DNA from: a virus
Virus record (IMG/VR): IMGVR_UViG_3300001847_000838
Location: 26,296-90,295 of that record
Strand: one strand, 5' to 3'
Length of the DNA: 64,000 nucleotides
Part shown: positions 26,750 through 38,400 of the stretch, one piece after another
Layout: each line of letters begins with the position of its first letter
How positions within the stretch are numbered: the first letter of the stretch is position 1
Program-made: the position numbers and the translations under genes
The notes under the pieces: generated by a model
Told to the model about the DNA's origin: nothing
Database searches by the model: none
Seen by the model: only the letters and a program-made list of their open reading frames with translations

Positions 26750-29526
26750 TATTTCACCCACCAGCTAGCGCCATCGCTTACAAGCGTTATAGTTTCATAC
26801 TGTACAGAAATTTGTAATGGGGTAGCCGTAGCATTTGTTCCATCAATTGTTTGACTAAGCACCGTTTTAACATAAAGAGAATTGCCGCTATCTAAAAGCT
26901 TAAAGGCAATTTGTTTTCCACTATTTCCTATTGCAGTAGGTATAGTTACAGTACGGTCAACACCCAAGCAGCTTACAAGAATAAAATCATCATTTAAAGA
27001 TGCAGTATAGTTTGCTCCATTTATAGTTACTACGTTTAATAAAGGAGCGGTAGCGGCTGATGCAATTGTAATATCATCAGTATTTTCAGTAATTGTTATA
27101 CCGGTACCTTGTTTTAGCCGGCGAAAGTTTAGCGTTACACCAGTTTTATTTTTATATATAGCAGCGCCCGTACCTAAATTAGAGCCAGCATTAGCTTCTC
27201 CTCCAGAAGCTCCTACTACCAAGCTAGGGTCTATTCTAAAAATAAGTTCATCATCAATTAACAAGTTAACGTTTATTGTTATGGTATTGCTTTCAGTTCC
27301 TGTAGTTCCTATTTCTGACCACTGGCTATCATCTAGCCTTTGGCCGTTTAAGAACACCTGAAGCATGCCCATGCCTACTACATAATATTTATTAAGGCTA
27401 CCATTTCTAGAATCAGGGGGAAGAGTTAAGGTGCTACCAGAAGAGACCGGCCCCGTAATCTGTGTGGGTCCCGAAGGAGCCCCAGATACTACAAGGATAA
27501 TTTCTTCATAATCGTTTTTATCATCTTGAGTAAAAGCATTTAAAACATCGTCGAGGCGTTTAATACTTAATGTTAAATCGTCTCCATCTACTAAAAAGAA
27601 GTTAGGGACGCCTGTTCCTTGTGTAGCTACTGATATAGTAAGGCCACCAACACTAACGTTTGAAGCATCAGTTGTAGTTCCAGCTATTAAATTTGTTACT
27701 GTAGCTTGAGCACTAAGGACGCTAACGCTGAACTGAAGAGGGGCGGCAGAGTTTATGGCGACTTGAAACGCTGAAGCTACTTGAGCCCCAGTATCTCCAG
27801 TAGATACGCTAACAAGTATGCCGGTACGGTTAACTGGAGCAGGATCTAAACCTATACCATTCTTTTTAAACCATACATAATACTTGGCAATATCTCCGCC
27901 ACCGTTTATTAGCAAATATTGACCGCCAGATATAGCAGCTGCTCCGGTAAATGTAAAGTTGGTCACTTCAGAAGTAAGGGCACCTAGCTTTGTAGAATAC
28001 TCGGGAGCATCATCCGCTTCGTCTTTTGCTCCTATATACTGAATTAGCTGTTCTGAAGTTTCATCATTAATATCTACACTTTCACCTTGTTTGAGTTCTG
28101 CTCCGATGAATCGGGCGTATACTCTTGATGTAGGACTTGAATTGTCAGATCTCAATAGTATCCAAAATATATCTTCATTAAAAGGTACATTTGCACGCGA
28201 AGCTATCTTTACATGGCGCCCAGTGCTTGGAATAGCCACAGCCTGATAAACGCCGTAAGCATAATGAGATTTTGAGCCAGTCGGCCCTGTAGATGTTCCT
28301 GTAAAAGAAGATGTAAGTGTTACTTGACTTAATGAATCAACAGATTGTATTTGATAATATTTAGTATCATCATCAGTAGCAAGCTTTACCCAGTCGCCAG
28401 CTACTAAACTGCTGGTCCAGCTTACCGCTCCTACCGAACTTACAGTTTGAGATCCTGTTGTCCAAATTAAATTTGGTATTACTGACTGTCCACGAACAAG
28501 ATTTATATATGCAACTTGATCGTCAGCAAGGGTTATATAAGAATTTGGTGTAGAATTTGCAAGAATTTTATAAGAAAGTCTTGAGCCTACAACTTTTATA
28601 TAAATATCGTCAGACCAATTTATTCGACCAGAAACTGTTTTGTCGTGAGCGATATCTCCTCTACCCGTAAACACAGTATTTCCAAGATCTTCACGCAAAG
28701 AAACAAGGGATCCACCAATGTTTTCGGAGTACCAAAAGGTAGTGCCCTTTAGCTCTTTAAACATGGTCATTACTGAGTCCATCCACTCTTTCATGTTGTA
28801 AATCATTTTGTCCCCACCACGGAACGGATTTACAGCATTGGATGTAGAGGTAGGTGAATTTTCCGATCTACCCTCGGATTGGTTAGTCCATGGGTATTCA
28901 TATGATGGATTTGGATTAGATTTTCCGCCTTTTCCAAGGCGAAACAGCATGTCACGATCATCCGTAACATCTACTACGTTGTTAGCGACGTCGGTGGTTA
29001 CCTTCGCTATCGGCAGCACGTTGCTTGCCCATACGCTGGTAGTTATTACTATGGTATAGCTTAATGTCTTTGCTAACGGAACTGTCTTGCTGGTTTCGTT
29101 CTTGTTTGTAGGATCCCAAATGTAGATCTGATCATTTGTACTATCATCTACTGCTCGCTGGTACTCTATACCGACATAGTTAACGGCGTTAGGAGTAAAA
29201 GCTCCTATAACTTTAGTGTTAATAGTAGAATTGAGTATTTCTGGAGAAGTTCCTGAAGGTACTAAGAAAAAAGTGCCGCTTTCTTTAGAGGAACTGTGAA
29301 ATATGCATCCAGAATCTACAAGAAGTTGAAGTCCTGATGCCGAACCCCCAATGGCTCCAGACATGCTGATTTCAAAACCCCGAAGAATGTAGCCGTTACC
29401 GCTACCCGTCACTAAGCCAGAAAGTAGCTCATCAAAGTCGTTAGATGTAGCGGACTCAATGCTCCGCATGTGTGGAACATCAACCCTAGCTTGAGACAAG
29501 AAGTTAAACCGTCTTCTGACTGCCAT
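26749..29526 (-). CDS. baseplate/proximal tail fibre protein (925 aa)
   Basis: structural block; N-terminal baseplate-anchor-like segment; contains the DPAPVNRTGI domain. Confidence 0.65.
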   Translation of the reverse strand: MAVRRRFNFLSQARVDVPHMRSIESATSNDFDELLSGLVTGSGNGYILRGFEISMSGAIGGSASGLQLLVDSGCIFHSSSKESGTFFLVPSGTSPEILNSTINTKVIGAFTPNAVNYVGIEYQRAVDDSTNDQIYIWDPTNKNETSKTVPLAKTLSYTIVITTSVWASNVLPIAKVTTDVANNVVDVTDDRDMLFRLGKGGKSNPNPSYEYPWTNQSEGRSENSPTSTSNAVNPFRGGDKMIYNMKEWMDSVMTMFKELKGTTFWYSENIGGSLVSLREDLGNTVFTGRGDIAHDKTVSGRINWSDDIYIKVVGSRLSYKILANSTPNSYITLADDQVAYINLVRGQSVIPNLIWTTGSQTVSSVGAVSWTSSLVAGDWVKLATDDDTKYYQIQSVDSLSQVTLTSSFTGTSTGPTGSKSHYAYGVYQAVAIPSTGRHVKIASRANVPFNEDIFWILLRSDNSSPTSRVYARFIGAELKQGESVDINDETSEQLIQYIGAKDEADDAPEYSTKLGALTSEVTNFTFTGAAAISGGQYLLINGGGDIAKYYVWFKKNGIGLDPAPVNRTGILVSVSTGDTGAQVASAFQVAINSAAPLQFSVSVLSAQATVTNLIAGTTTDASNVSVGGLTISVATQGTGVPNFFLVDGDDLTLSIKRLDDVLNAFTQDDKNDYEEIILVVSGAPSGPTQITGPVSSGSTLTLPPDSRNGSLNKYYVVGMGMLQVFLNGQRLDDSQWSEIGTTGTESNTITINVNLLIDDELIFRIDPSLVVGASGGEANAGSNLGTGAAIYKNKTGVTLNFRRLKQGTGITITENTDDITIASAATAPLLNVVTINGANYTASLNDDFILVSCLGVDRTVTIPTAIGNSGKQIAFKLLDSGNSLYVKTVLSQTIDGTNATATPLQISVQYETITLVSDGASWWVK

Positions 29527-29558
29527 GTTTTAAACCCTTTGACCTTCTGATTACTCTA

Positions 29559-29566
29559 TAAAGATT
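29559..29566 (-). promoter_or_regulatory. AATCTTTA candidate late-promoter motif
   Basis: about 33 nt upstream of the 29526 start; same octamer upstream of 39046. Confidence 0.4.
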
Positions 29567-29575
29567 CGGTTCCTT

Positions 29576-29604
29576 TTGATATTCTTTATGTGTTATGATA
29601 TCAT
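29576..29604 (+). promoter_or_regulatory. sigma70-type promoter
   Basis: TTGATA, 17 nt, TATCAT, with TG at the extended -10 position. Confidence 0.55.
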
Positions 29605-29641
29605 GTATCAAGGTAGGCTAACCTATTGGGACGGGAGAGCT

Positions 29642-30031
29642 ATGTCCAAAAGTTGGAATGGCAAGCGCGGACGAGATAAAGATCAAGACTCTACCAAAAT
29701 CCGCAAATTATCTTATAATAACAAAGAGTTAAAAAGAGAAATTGCAAAACTTCGCAAACATATAGAGCGCATGGACGCCGGCTGGTGTCCGGGGTGTCTT
29801 CAAAAGCTTGAAAATGGAGAGCATGAAGGGGCACCAACTCCTGAGGAAGTTCATGTAGTTGACGCCCCTAAAAAGACCAAGGATTGGTCTTGCTTTCAAT
29901 GTAAGGTAGGCAAGCTTGAGCTTGTTAAATACTATAAAATAGGAGAGGCTTGGTATTATAGAAAGTGTTCGGAGCCCAACTGCAAAAACAGAACAAAAGG
30001 CAAAAGATGGACTCCAGACGTAAAAGAATAA
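29642..30031 (+). CDS. zinc-ribbon protein inserted antisense in the structural block
   Basis: CPGC, CFQC, C-x4-C; GGAG SD; own promoter. Confidence 0.65.
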   Translation: MSKSWNGKRGRDKDQDSTKIRKLSYNNKELKREIAKLRKHIERMDAGWCPGCLQKLENGEHEGAPTPEEVHVVDAPKKTKDWSCFQCKVGKLELVKYYKIGEAWYYRKCSEPNCKNRTKGKRWTPDVKE

Positions 30032-30038
30032 GTAACTA

Positions 30039-30464
30039 TTAAGCTCTGTCTAGCGCTTCAAAACCTACCAAACCTTCAAAATCAAAGGAAAGTTTAAGTG
30101 TTCCTCTAGCCGCAGCACTAACTGCTTGACGTTTTATTTTGGCGTTAGGTATGAACAAAATGTCTTCTTTAGTAGCCCTATCTTGTATTCTAATACTTAT
30201 GTAAGGTGAAGATAGTATATCTTTTATTAGGGGGCGTATATCATAAGCTTGAATACCCCCAGAATTTTTTAACCGAAGACCACGTACCGAACCAGCTACA
30301 GAAGCACGTCCTGGAGCTATTTCTTGAGGAAAAGCACAGTCTATGCCGCGTATTGAGTTTTCATCATAATCTAGAGTATATGAAACGTCCTGTACTTCTT
30401 TATAAAGCTTATTGTTTACATACAACTTTATGCATGCACCAGCTAGAATCATTGCTTTAGCCAT
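30039..30464 (-). CDS. tail tube-like/tube-initiator baseplate protein
   Basis: tube-fold pattern (YTLDYDENSIRGID..FPQEIAPGR.SV.GSV...LSFDFEG). Confidence 0.55.
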   Translation of the reverse strand: MAKAMILAGACIKLYVNNKLYKEVQDVSYTLDYDENSIRGIDCAFPQEIAPGRASVAGSVRGLRLKNSGGIQAYDIRPLIKDILSSPYISIRIQDRATKEDILFIPNAKIKRQAVSAAARGTLKLSFDFEGLVGFEALDRA

Positions 30465-32482
30465 TAGTCACCCCAGATATAAACTTTTTCGGAGCTATCA
30501 GTATCCCATTTACCAAGACCAACATCTCCAGGATAAAGGATGGTTATCATTACGTTTATACCTGTAGCTGATACCATATTTATTAAATCTTCAACGTAAA
30601 TTCTACCGGCTACAACATCGGTAATATAAAATGGATAATCAGTCCCATCTTTTGATATATTTACTGGACCGTTTTGAGAAACAAGAGCCACATCTGTGCC
30701 TATAGGATGTATATTTTTTATTCTATAAGAAGGGTTCAGCAAAAGTGAGCTACTACTTGGCCTAGCAAGATATGGTATAGGACCTTCTTGATGGGAAGTT
30801 CCATACCCTATAACTATAAGTCCTTGATTGTCAGGAAAGCTTGAGGCATTACTGACAGATATAACTCTACCGGTATCAGGATTGTATTCTTGAGTAGAAG
30901 TAGTCCCTACGGAAGATACTACAAACGGTTGCGAAATATCGTATACGTAAGGGCCTTCTTGATCAGAAAAAGTCGATATTGGATTAGGTGTGGACACTGT
31001 GGTCGTAGAAGGATTAGATCCTACTTGAAAAGTAGTAACTGTAAGCCCAAGAACATTTACGTTTAAAGCTGTAGATACTGATCCAACGGCAAGATTGCAT
31101 GCTCTTATGGTGGATCCTATTGGCTCAACGGAGCTTATTTGATTGGTACTTGTTAATGCCAAGGCAAAAGCTATTGCCACATCGTTAGCTGTAGTGGCTA
31201 GAGAAATATCTACCCTAATCCCAATTCTTCCTACGGGAGCTGGATCAATTAGATTGCTACCGGTTTTATCAAAATACACGTAATACGCATAGCCTGGAGC
31301 ATCAATTGTTAGATATTGGCCGTCAGATATTGAGGCCGGCACAGGAACAGAGATATCTGATATCTGGTTTTTTCCTGAATCAAATGTAGTTACAGTTTGT
31401 ACTGGCTCATGAAGATGTGCTGACCCTATACGATCGCGCCTAACAACTTTTGTGGTAGCAGGTATAAATACCTCTAATAGCCTAGCTTCTTCTTGAAAAG
31501 CAGCCGCATACCTTTGACGAGATATAACTGTTTTTTTAAGAGGCTGAAAAAACAGTACAGAATCAACAGTTCCTTGCACTACAACTTCTGAGGCTCCATT
31601 TGGATTATAAACTTCAAAATAAGCATTTCCAGCAATTCCACTTTTTACGCTAGTAACAGTATACGTACCCCTATTGGCATAGCTAAAAGATGCACCATAT
31701 ACGTTTACATAATCTCCTATTTGAACTTTTCCAACAGATGGCGAAGCTCCTCCAGACCATGTAAACCTTAAAGATCCACCCGAAATTTGCGCTACTGTCC
31801 ATTGAGTAGATGCTCCTGCTGTAGTTGGTCGTATACGATCAAATTTAAGAATGTTTTGAGAGCGGCCTCCAGTAACAGCAACAGAAGATGATGGGCCTAC
31901 TGTATCTGATATAAGCGTAACATAAGCTCCCTGCCCATCATCTTTTGCAAAGGCGCTACCTTTTTTTCCTTGTTTTCTTAAACTTTTTGTTATTGCATCA
32001 GAAACTTCCTGAGCAGTAGCAGAATTTATATTTGTAAATTGATCGGATGTAAAAGTTACAGTTAGAAGCTCTCCACCGTCAAAGCGCATAGATAAAGTAT
32101 CACCATCTAATAGGCTATAAGGTTCAAAAGTGTTCGATTTAGATGTAGCATTAGTTGTTTCGGCGCCAAAAATTGTTAACAAAATGGCATTTATCAGGTC
32201 TCTTACCTGTTTTCTGTTGATTACACTTATTCCTATTTCTCTAAAAACATCATCAGAAAGACCTACGTTAGCTGGTCTTATTAGATTATAATCGGCCAAC
32301 CTTTGATCTAAGTATCTTTCTGTAGCGGTTGAAATATAAATCTGATCGTGTACAGCCTCAACTGCGCTAGTAAGGTACTGAGTAGCTGAGCCTATAGAGT
32401 ATAGGATAGCATCAGTATTTTTTCCACGAATAGCAGGGTTAAGAAACTGTCTTAATCGTTTGTATTCATCTTGTATAGACAT
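30464..32482 (-). CDS. baseplate wedge protein (gp7/gpI-like) with inserted beta domains
   Basis: YLDQRLADYNLIRP...SDDVFRE N-terminal pattern; follows the J-like gene. Confidence 0.55.
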   Translation of the reverse strand: MSIQDEYKRLRQFLNPAIRGKNTDAILYSIGSATQYLTSAVEAVHDQIYISTATERYLDQRLADYNLIRPANVGLSDDVFREIGISVINRKQVRDLINAILLTIFGAETTNATSKSNTFEPYSLLDGDTLSMRFDGGELLTVTFTSDQFTNINSATAQEVSDAITKSLRKQGKKGSAFAKDDGQGAYVTLISDTVGPSSSVAVTGGRSQNILKFDRIRPTTAGASTQWTVAQISGGSLRFTWSGGASPSVGKVQIGDYVNVYGASFSYANRGTYTVTSVKSGIAGNAYFEVYNPNGASEVVVQGTVDSVLFFQPLKKTVISRQRYAAAFQEEARLLEVFIPATTKVVRRDRIGSAHLHEPVQTVTTFDSGKNQISDISVPVPASISDGQYLTIDAPGYAYYVYFDKTGSNLIDPAPVGRIGIRVDISLATTANDVAIAFALALTSTNQISSVEPIGSTIRACNLAVGSVSTALNVNVLGLTVTTFQVGSNPSTTTVSTPNPISTFSDQEGPYVYDISQPFVVSSVGTTSTQEYNPDTGRVISVSNASSFPDNQGLIVIGYGTSHQEGPIPYLARPSSSSLLLNPSYRIKNIHPIGTDVALVSQNGPVNISKDGTDYPFYITDVVAGRIYVEDLINMVSATGINVMITILYPGDVGLGKWDTDSSEKVYIWGD

Positions 32483-32485
32483 CTA

Positions 32486-35400
32486 TTAGCCTATTTGACT
32501 TACGGTGATGTCCTTCACCGGATCTATAATTCGAGCTTTCTCTGAAGGCCCTACGTTTATGGTATCATTAGATGCATTATATTGTGGCGAAGTAATAGCC
32601 ATAGCTCTTACGCCAGGAATAGCGTTAACCACCGAAACAATATCGCTAATAGCTATGGCTATGCCAATTTCGTTTCCATTTATCAAAGAAGAAACGTTAG
32701 TTCTTACTTGCTCAACTATTTGAGCAAAAGGTATACCAGTAACTAAACGAACGGCAATGCCTACTTGTACGCGCTTACGAAGCGGAGGCTTAATATATAT
32801 TTCAGCTCCTGCAGCGGCATACCCAGGGTAAGTTGTATTGTCTCTAGGATCTCCATATACAATTCGGTTGGCTTCTGCAATAAGTCCAGTATGATAACGA
32901 TAGCTATCTAAACCTTTTCTTAGCGTAGTACTAAAACCTAGTTTTCCTATAGATTCTATTTGAACTGAAGCCGCTTCGTTAATTTTGTTACATTGTGCAG
33001 CGGTATTAAACAATATTAAGCCACGTTGAACATAGTTAGAAGGATCTATAGAAGCATAAGTAATTTTTTTGTATCCTACATATTCAGATTGTTCTCTAAC
33101 AAAGATGTTGTCTTGATTTCCAGACGCACCGCTTGGATCTATACTGGTCATATTGCCACTAACAATTACTTTGTCTTGACTTAATACTTTTAAAACTATC
33201 CAGCTAGACTGGTTAGAAGATCCCAAGAAAGAACTGGATACAACAACAGAATCACCAGAAACTGTCGCTTCGTACTCATAAAATAAAATGGGCGGCCTAT
33301 TAACCTGTAAAATGTTAGTAATACCTATATTAGATTCGTTTATTGCAGCTGGATTTATAGCTTCTAAAAACGTCCTTTGTCCCTGCTGAACTACAAGAAA
33401 CTCGGTCACGCCCGAAATATCAATATTTGTAGCATCAGTTGCTGGGCCATATCCCGAGTTTGTGATTCTTATATAAGATCCAGATGCAACCGCTGAAAAA
33501 TCTAAAGAGGCATCTATTGCGGCAGCTGTTACGGATGCAACTTGTGAAGCTGAATCTGTAGACGCTACGTTTACCAATATTCCAGTTCTACCAACTGGAG
33601 CAGGATCTAAACCCAAACCATCTACTTTATACCATATATAATATAAAATAGAATCGTTTGCAGAACTTATATGAAATCTTTGACCTCCCGATATCTGACT
33701 ACCTTGAGGTAAACTTATTCTAGTAATTTCTTTAGCTTTAGGCTCTGCTTTAGTAACCATAAAAGTTCCTTGGTTAACAGAAGAAAAGTCAGTTCCTAAA
33801 GTAATTTCATCACCTGGTTGGGCATTGCCTAATTGCGGCTCTGTGCCTACCCCATTCCATGAAAGAAGCAAGCTATTGTTAGTTGCATTGATATCAAATC
33901 TAGTAGTTAGATCGTACCCTAAGCTTATAGAAGATAAAGAAAGAGAAACTGTCTCTTCTATAGATTTACTATTATCTAAGTATATAGAGTTTAAATATCT
34001 TCTAATAACTCTATATGTACCCTGATTGAGGATGTTAAATGGAGACCCTATTACCACTGTATCCCCTTCAGAAACTTCAGTAATACAGGAAAAATCTCCA
34101 GAAGAAAAAGAAGTTCCCACTAAAAAAGCTCCAGAAACGGTAGCTCCTGGCCCTCCAGAATTATTAATATAAGCTATAGATATATTTGCTTGGGTAGCAT
34201 CGGCTATAATGGTAACAATATTAGCATTAGAGGACGCACTTACGTTAGGCAAAGCTGATATAGCAGAAGCTAAATTTTGAGCAGATATTGCTGCAGTACC
34301 GCCTACAACAAAATCAATACCCGCTGTAAGTACGTTTCCATTTACTACAAAATCATCTCCAGATATATCTGCGTTGTTTGTTATGGTAAAAGTTCCACTG
34401 GAAAATTCATCTACAGCATTAGCGTTTAATACCCTTAAAATCTTACCATCATCAGATACACCTGTTACTAAAAAAGTACCATCATTTGCAGAATTTAACA
34501 TGTTTTGAACAGAAACAATATCACCTATTGATACTTCATTAAAGTTGGCGTTTCCAGTAAGCACATAATATCTAGCTTCGCTAGTTCCTATTATGCGCTC
34601 TACATTTACTGTGCCACCACCAAAGTCATTTAAGTTAGCAGACTTTTGAAAATATGGTTGAATTCCCGATCCATTCCAGCTAATACAAGTTAAAGATCCT
34701 TGTTTTTCTACTTTAAAAGTTCTTCCTTGAGTACGAACATGATGCCTGGGCTTACCAAAGTGTCTGCTGTTCATAGCTCTATTCGATATTGTAATAGTAG
34801 ATTGTCCCGCTATAGGAGATCCTCCATCTATTTTAATTACATCGCCAACCTGAAATAGTGCTTCTTTTTTTTGTAAACTAGAAGCAGATAATTTAACCCA
34901 TTGATCTCCATGAAATCCATCTAAACCTGCTTTTGCAATACTGGTTAAAGCAAAAAGATTATCAAGTGTTGAGGATGTTCCCAAAACGGGTGTAGAAGAA
35001 CTGTTACCTTGACCCCCTACAACTTGAACCGACCCCTCTCCACCCAATGTGTTAGTTGAGATTTCTAATCTACCACCACGCTCAGTTAAACCTATAGAGC
35101 CCAGGGTTGTTATGCCTGTAACGGCCAAAACATTAAGAAATTCAGATAGCTGCAATATAGTTGTAGGCACAAGTCTAATCTCTTCTCCGTCATTAAATGC
35201 ATAGCCCTGCGCTGTAGGAAGATCTAAAGACTTTTTAAAAGAAAACTGAGGAGAACCAGAAATGTTGCTTAAGTATATCCAGTTAATTCCATCTTTTAGA
35301 TAAATGCTTTTGTATTGAAATCCACTCTCCTCATCAGTAGACAAAGCTATAGATCCCAAACCTGATAACCCAGAGTCATTCACTAAAGTTGCACTTATAA

Positions 35401-38400
35401 AAGATAGCAAACCCGCACTGGCCGATATATAAGTTTGTATGTCGGCTGCCGTTGTTGTTGAAGATTGAAAAAAACTAAAAACGCCAGAAATTAAAGTAGC
35501 AATATTAGATTGAGCTACTGCTTCTCCAGATTTTCTTACAACTGTAAAGCTATTAGCCGTAGGAGCAAAACCAAGTTCTGTGCTAACCCTAAAAGTTCCA
35601 AGGTTTGCACTGTTTAATTCTGAACCCGATACAATTGTTACATATTCTCCTCCAGAAAGAGATCCTAAACCAGGAGAAGTTCCCGTTCCGTTCCATGTAA
35701 ACGTTACTTGATCTATTCCAACAGAAGGAACGTTAGGCGATACAGTAACGTTCCATTCAGTAGTTCCATCAATAGTTGTAGGTATAGCAGCTCCACTTTT
35801 TAAAGATATGCGTATATTTATGTTTTGATCGGTAGTAATAGTGTGGGATATGTCAAGGTTAGAAGAGGTTGGGTATATATAGCCCACGTTAATATATTCG
35901 CCTGTTTTTCCCCAAAACTGCGACCTATAGAGGATGGCATTTTGAGCCCCAGAAGGGTCAATTACATTTTTAGCCTGCATTACAGCTTTATAGTTATTAA
36001 ACGCAAAAGAAGATGGGAAAAAAGTTGTAAAAGGTGCCGTTGCACCGGCATCAAGATCATAAGCATTAAAAGATGTCGGATTAGAAGCAAAAGTAGTATT
36101 AGTTTTTGCTTTTCTGTAAAGTGGAACAGAAAAAGTTTTAGATGAAGCGTCTCCATCCAGTATGACAACTATTTCATCAGATTCGCTCATATCAAGTGGG
36201 CTTGCTACGTATAGTCTATCTCCTGAACGAATTCGTTTTATTAAACTATCTTGAGAAATACTTATTGCAATACCAGATTGAGCACTCATCGGTACGCTTT
36301 CTGATGGTTGCAAAATATCAAGTATAGATCCATAAGGTTGCAAAAATCCTATAGTATAATTAGGATCAAGACCTACACTTGATGGAGAAATGGTGCTATT
36401 TATAGAACCAACAAAGCTGTCAGGAGGAGAAGCGCTAGAGTCCGATGATGCAATGTCATGAAAAAAGAGCGGAAAATTTCCTTCTTTAAAATCGCTTTCA
36501 TAAAAAGCATACAATGATTCATTGCTAGAATCACTGCTTCCACTAGTAAAACCAAGTGGTTTTGCATATGTATCAGAAGACAAGAAAAGCACAGATCCGG
36601 CAGAAGTTTTTGTTTTTGTTTTTAATACTAGCACTTCTTCATTGTATACTAAAAACTGTGCACTTAAGATCTGACTATTTAGTTCATCGGCAATCTCGCT
36701 AAGGCTTTTAGTTCCGGCGGTGATCTTAATTTTTTCCGGTACTAAAGATGTTCGTACTACAATAAAACCATCTTGAAAAACTATACCACTTTCTACTACT
36801 GCTAAAGAATATTCTGAAGAGGTTATTTTAATATCTAAAGTAGTAGAAGTTTTGGCATACACTCTACCTTCAAACCTATTGGTTAAACTAAGCTCTTTAC
36901 TCCATGCTATAAGATAATCGCCTACTTGAACGTTTGAAAATGCACTGGGTTGTGAAGATGTATATCTTACTATATTAATAGAAGGTTTTGATACATCAAT
37001 TACAGTATTGGCTACTACTCCTGTCTGAATAATTGAAGAAGATAGGTCGTCTATCAATATCCATATATAAGCATCAGAAGAAAGTGTGACCGTTCCACCA
37101 AGTATTTGAGCAGACTGTACGCTAGCTTCTGTATCTGTTGTGCCTGCAGTTAAACTGTCCCCTTTAGAGAGGGCAGATGCTAGTTTGATTTGAGCTGTAT
37201 TTCTTGAAAAACTATAGTCTGATTTTAGTCCAGTAGCAGAAAGGCCAATTGAAGATGTAAACATACCTTTAGTTACTAAACTAGACGATGGATCAATAGC
37301 CACCTTAGCTCTATTTGAAGCGCCTAAATTTGAAGTGATCTCTATTTGCTCGCCTACTATTTCAGCGGTAACTCCTGTTAGTTTGGAGTTCATAACATTT
37401 ACCCAGCTTTCAAGAGAATTTGACGAGCTAAGCGATACGTATGATCCCTCTGAAATAAAATCTGCATCTGTAAAGGTATAGGTTATAAATGCGGTACCAT
37501 CAACCGAAACAATTAATGTGTCTCCAGTAGCAATAGATGGAGACCAATCAACCTGTATAGCGCTAGAAACGGTGGCCGAGTTACCATCTTTACTTAAAGG
37601 TTTGTTATTTTTAAAAAGTCTAAGAGTTTGAACTTCATTTGATGGTAGCTCAAGGAGATCTGCAACATTTCTACCAACAGTAACAGAAGCTATTTGTATT
37701 GATTCATTAGATTCTGTTTTAGAGAAAAAAATTACTTGGGTACTACCATTAGATGTTGATGCAGAAAAGTTAAGTGATGTATCTGCATTTACAGAAGCTA
37801 CAATCTCATCAGCAGTAGCGCCTCCGGGACTAACAAAATCGGAATCTGAAAAGATATGTTCTGTAGTAATTCCACCTACGGTTATAGCTAATCGATCGTC
37901 GCCAGCAACATCAAAAGGAGCACTAAGGTTACTAACAAGAAAAGCTTTTGCTACGCTAGCCTGTCTTCCACCTGTTTCTAACTGAAAATGATCTTCTCCA
38001 CCTAACGCGCTATCCACAAGAACTTCGACCCCTACACCAGATGTTTTTTCCTCATATCCAGTGTTGTCATCAATATAAAGTGTGGTTGCTCCTCCGCTAG
38101 TTACTATTTGAGAGCTTGTAACTGTAGAGTTTTCATCTGAAGGAGTGGCGTTTATTACAGAGTTTTTTACAGCTTCTGCGGTGCCTAAACCTTTAGATAT
38201 TCTTGCTCTTTTAATACGCAAGCGAAGCTGTTCATCTGTTTCTATGTCTCGCCCCGTCTTAAACGGAAGGGGGTTAGTAACAGCGGCGCCAGAAAAAGGT
38301 ACTCCAGCAAATTCTTTAATAGCACCAATTGGTACATTGCCTACCGTACCGGGCTCTTGAGCAGAAACTTGAACTCCAGATACCTCAACTTCTCCATCTA

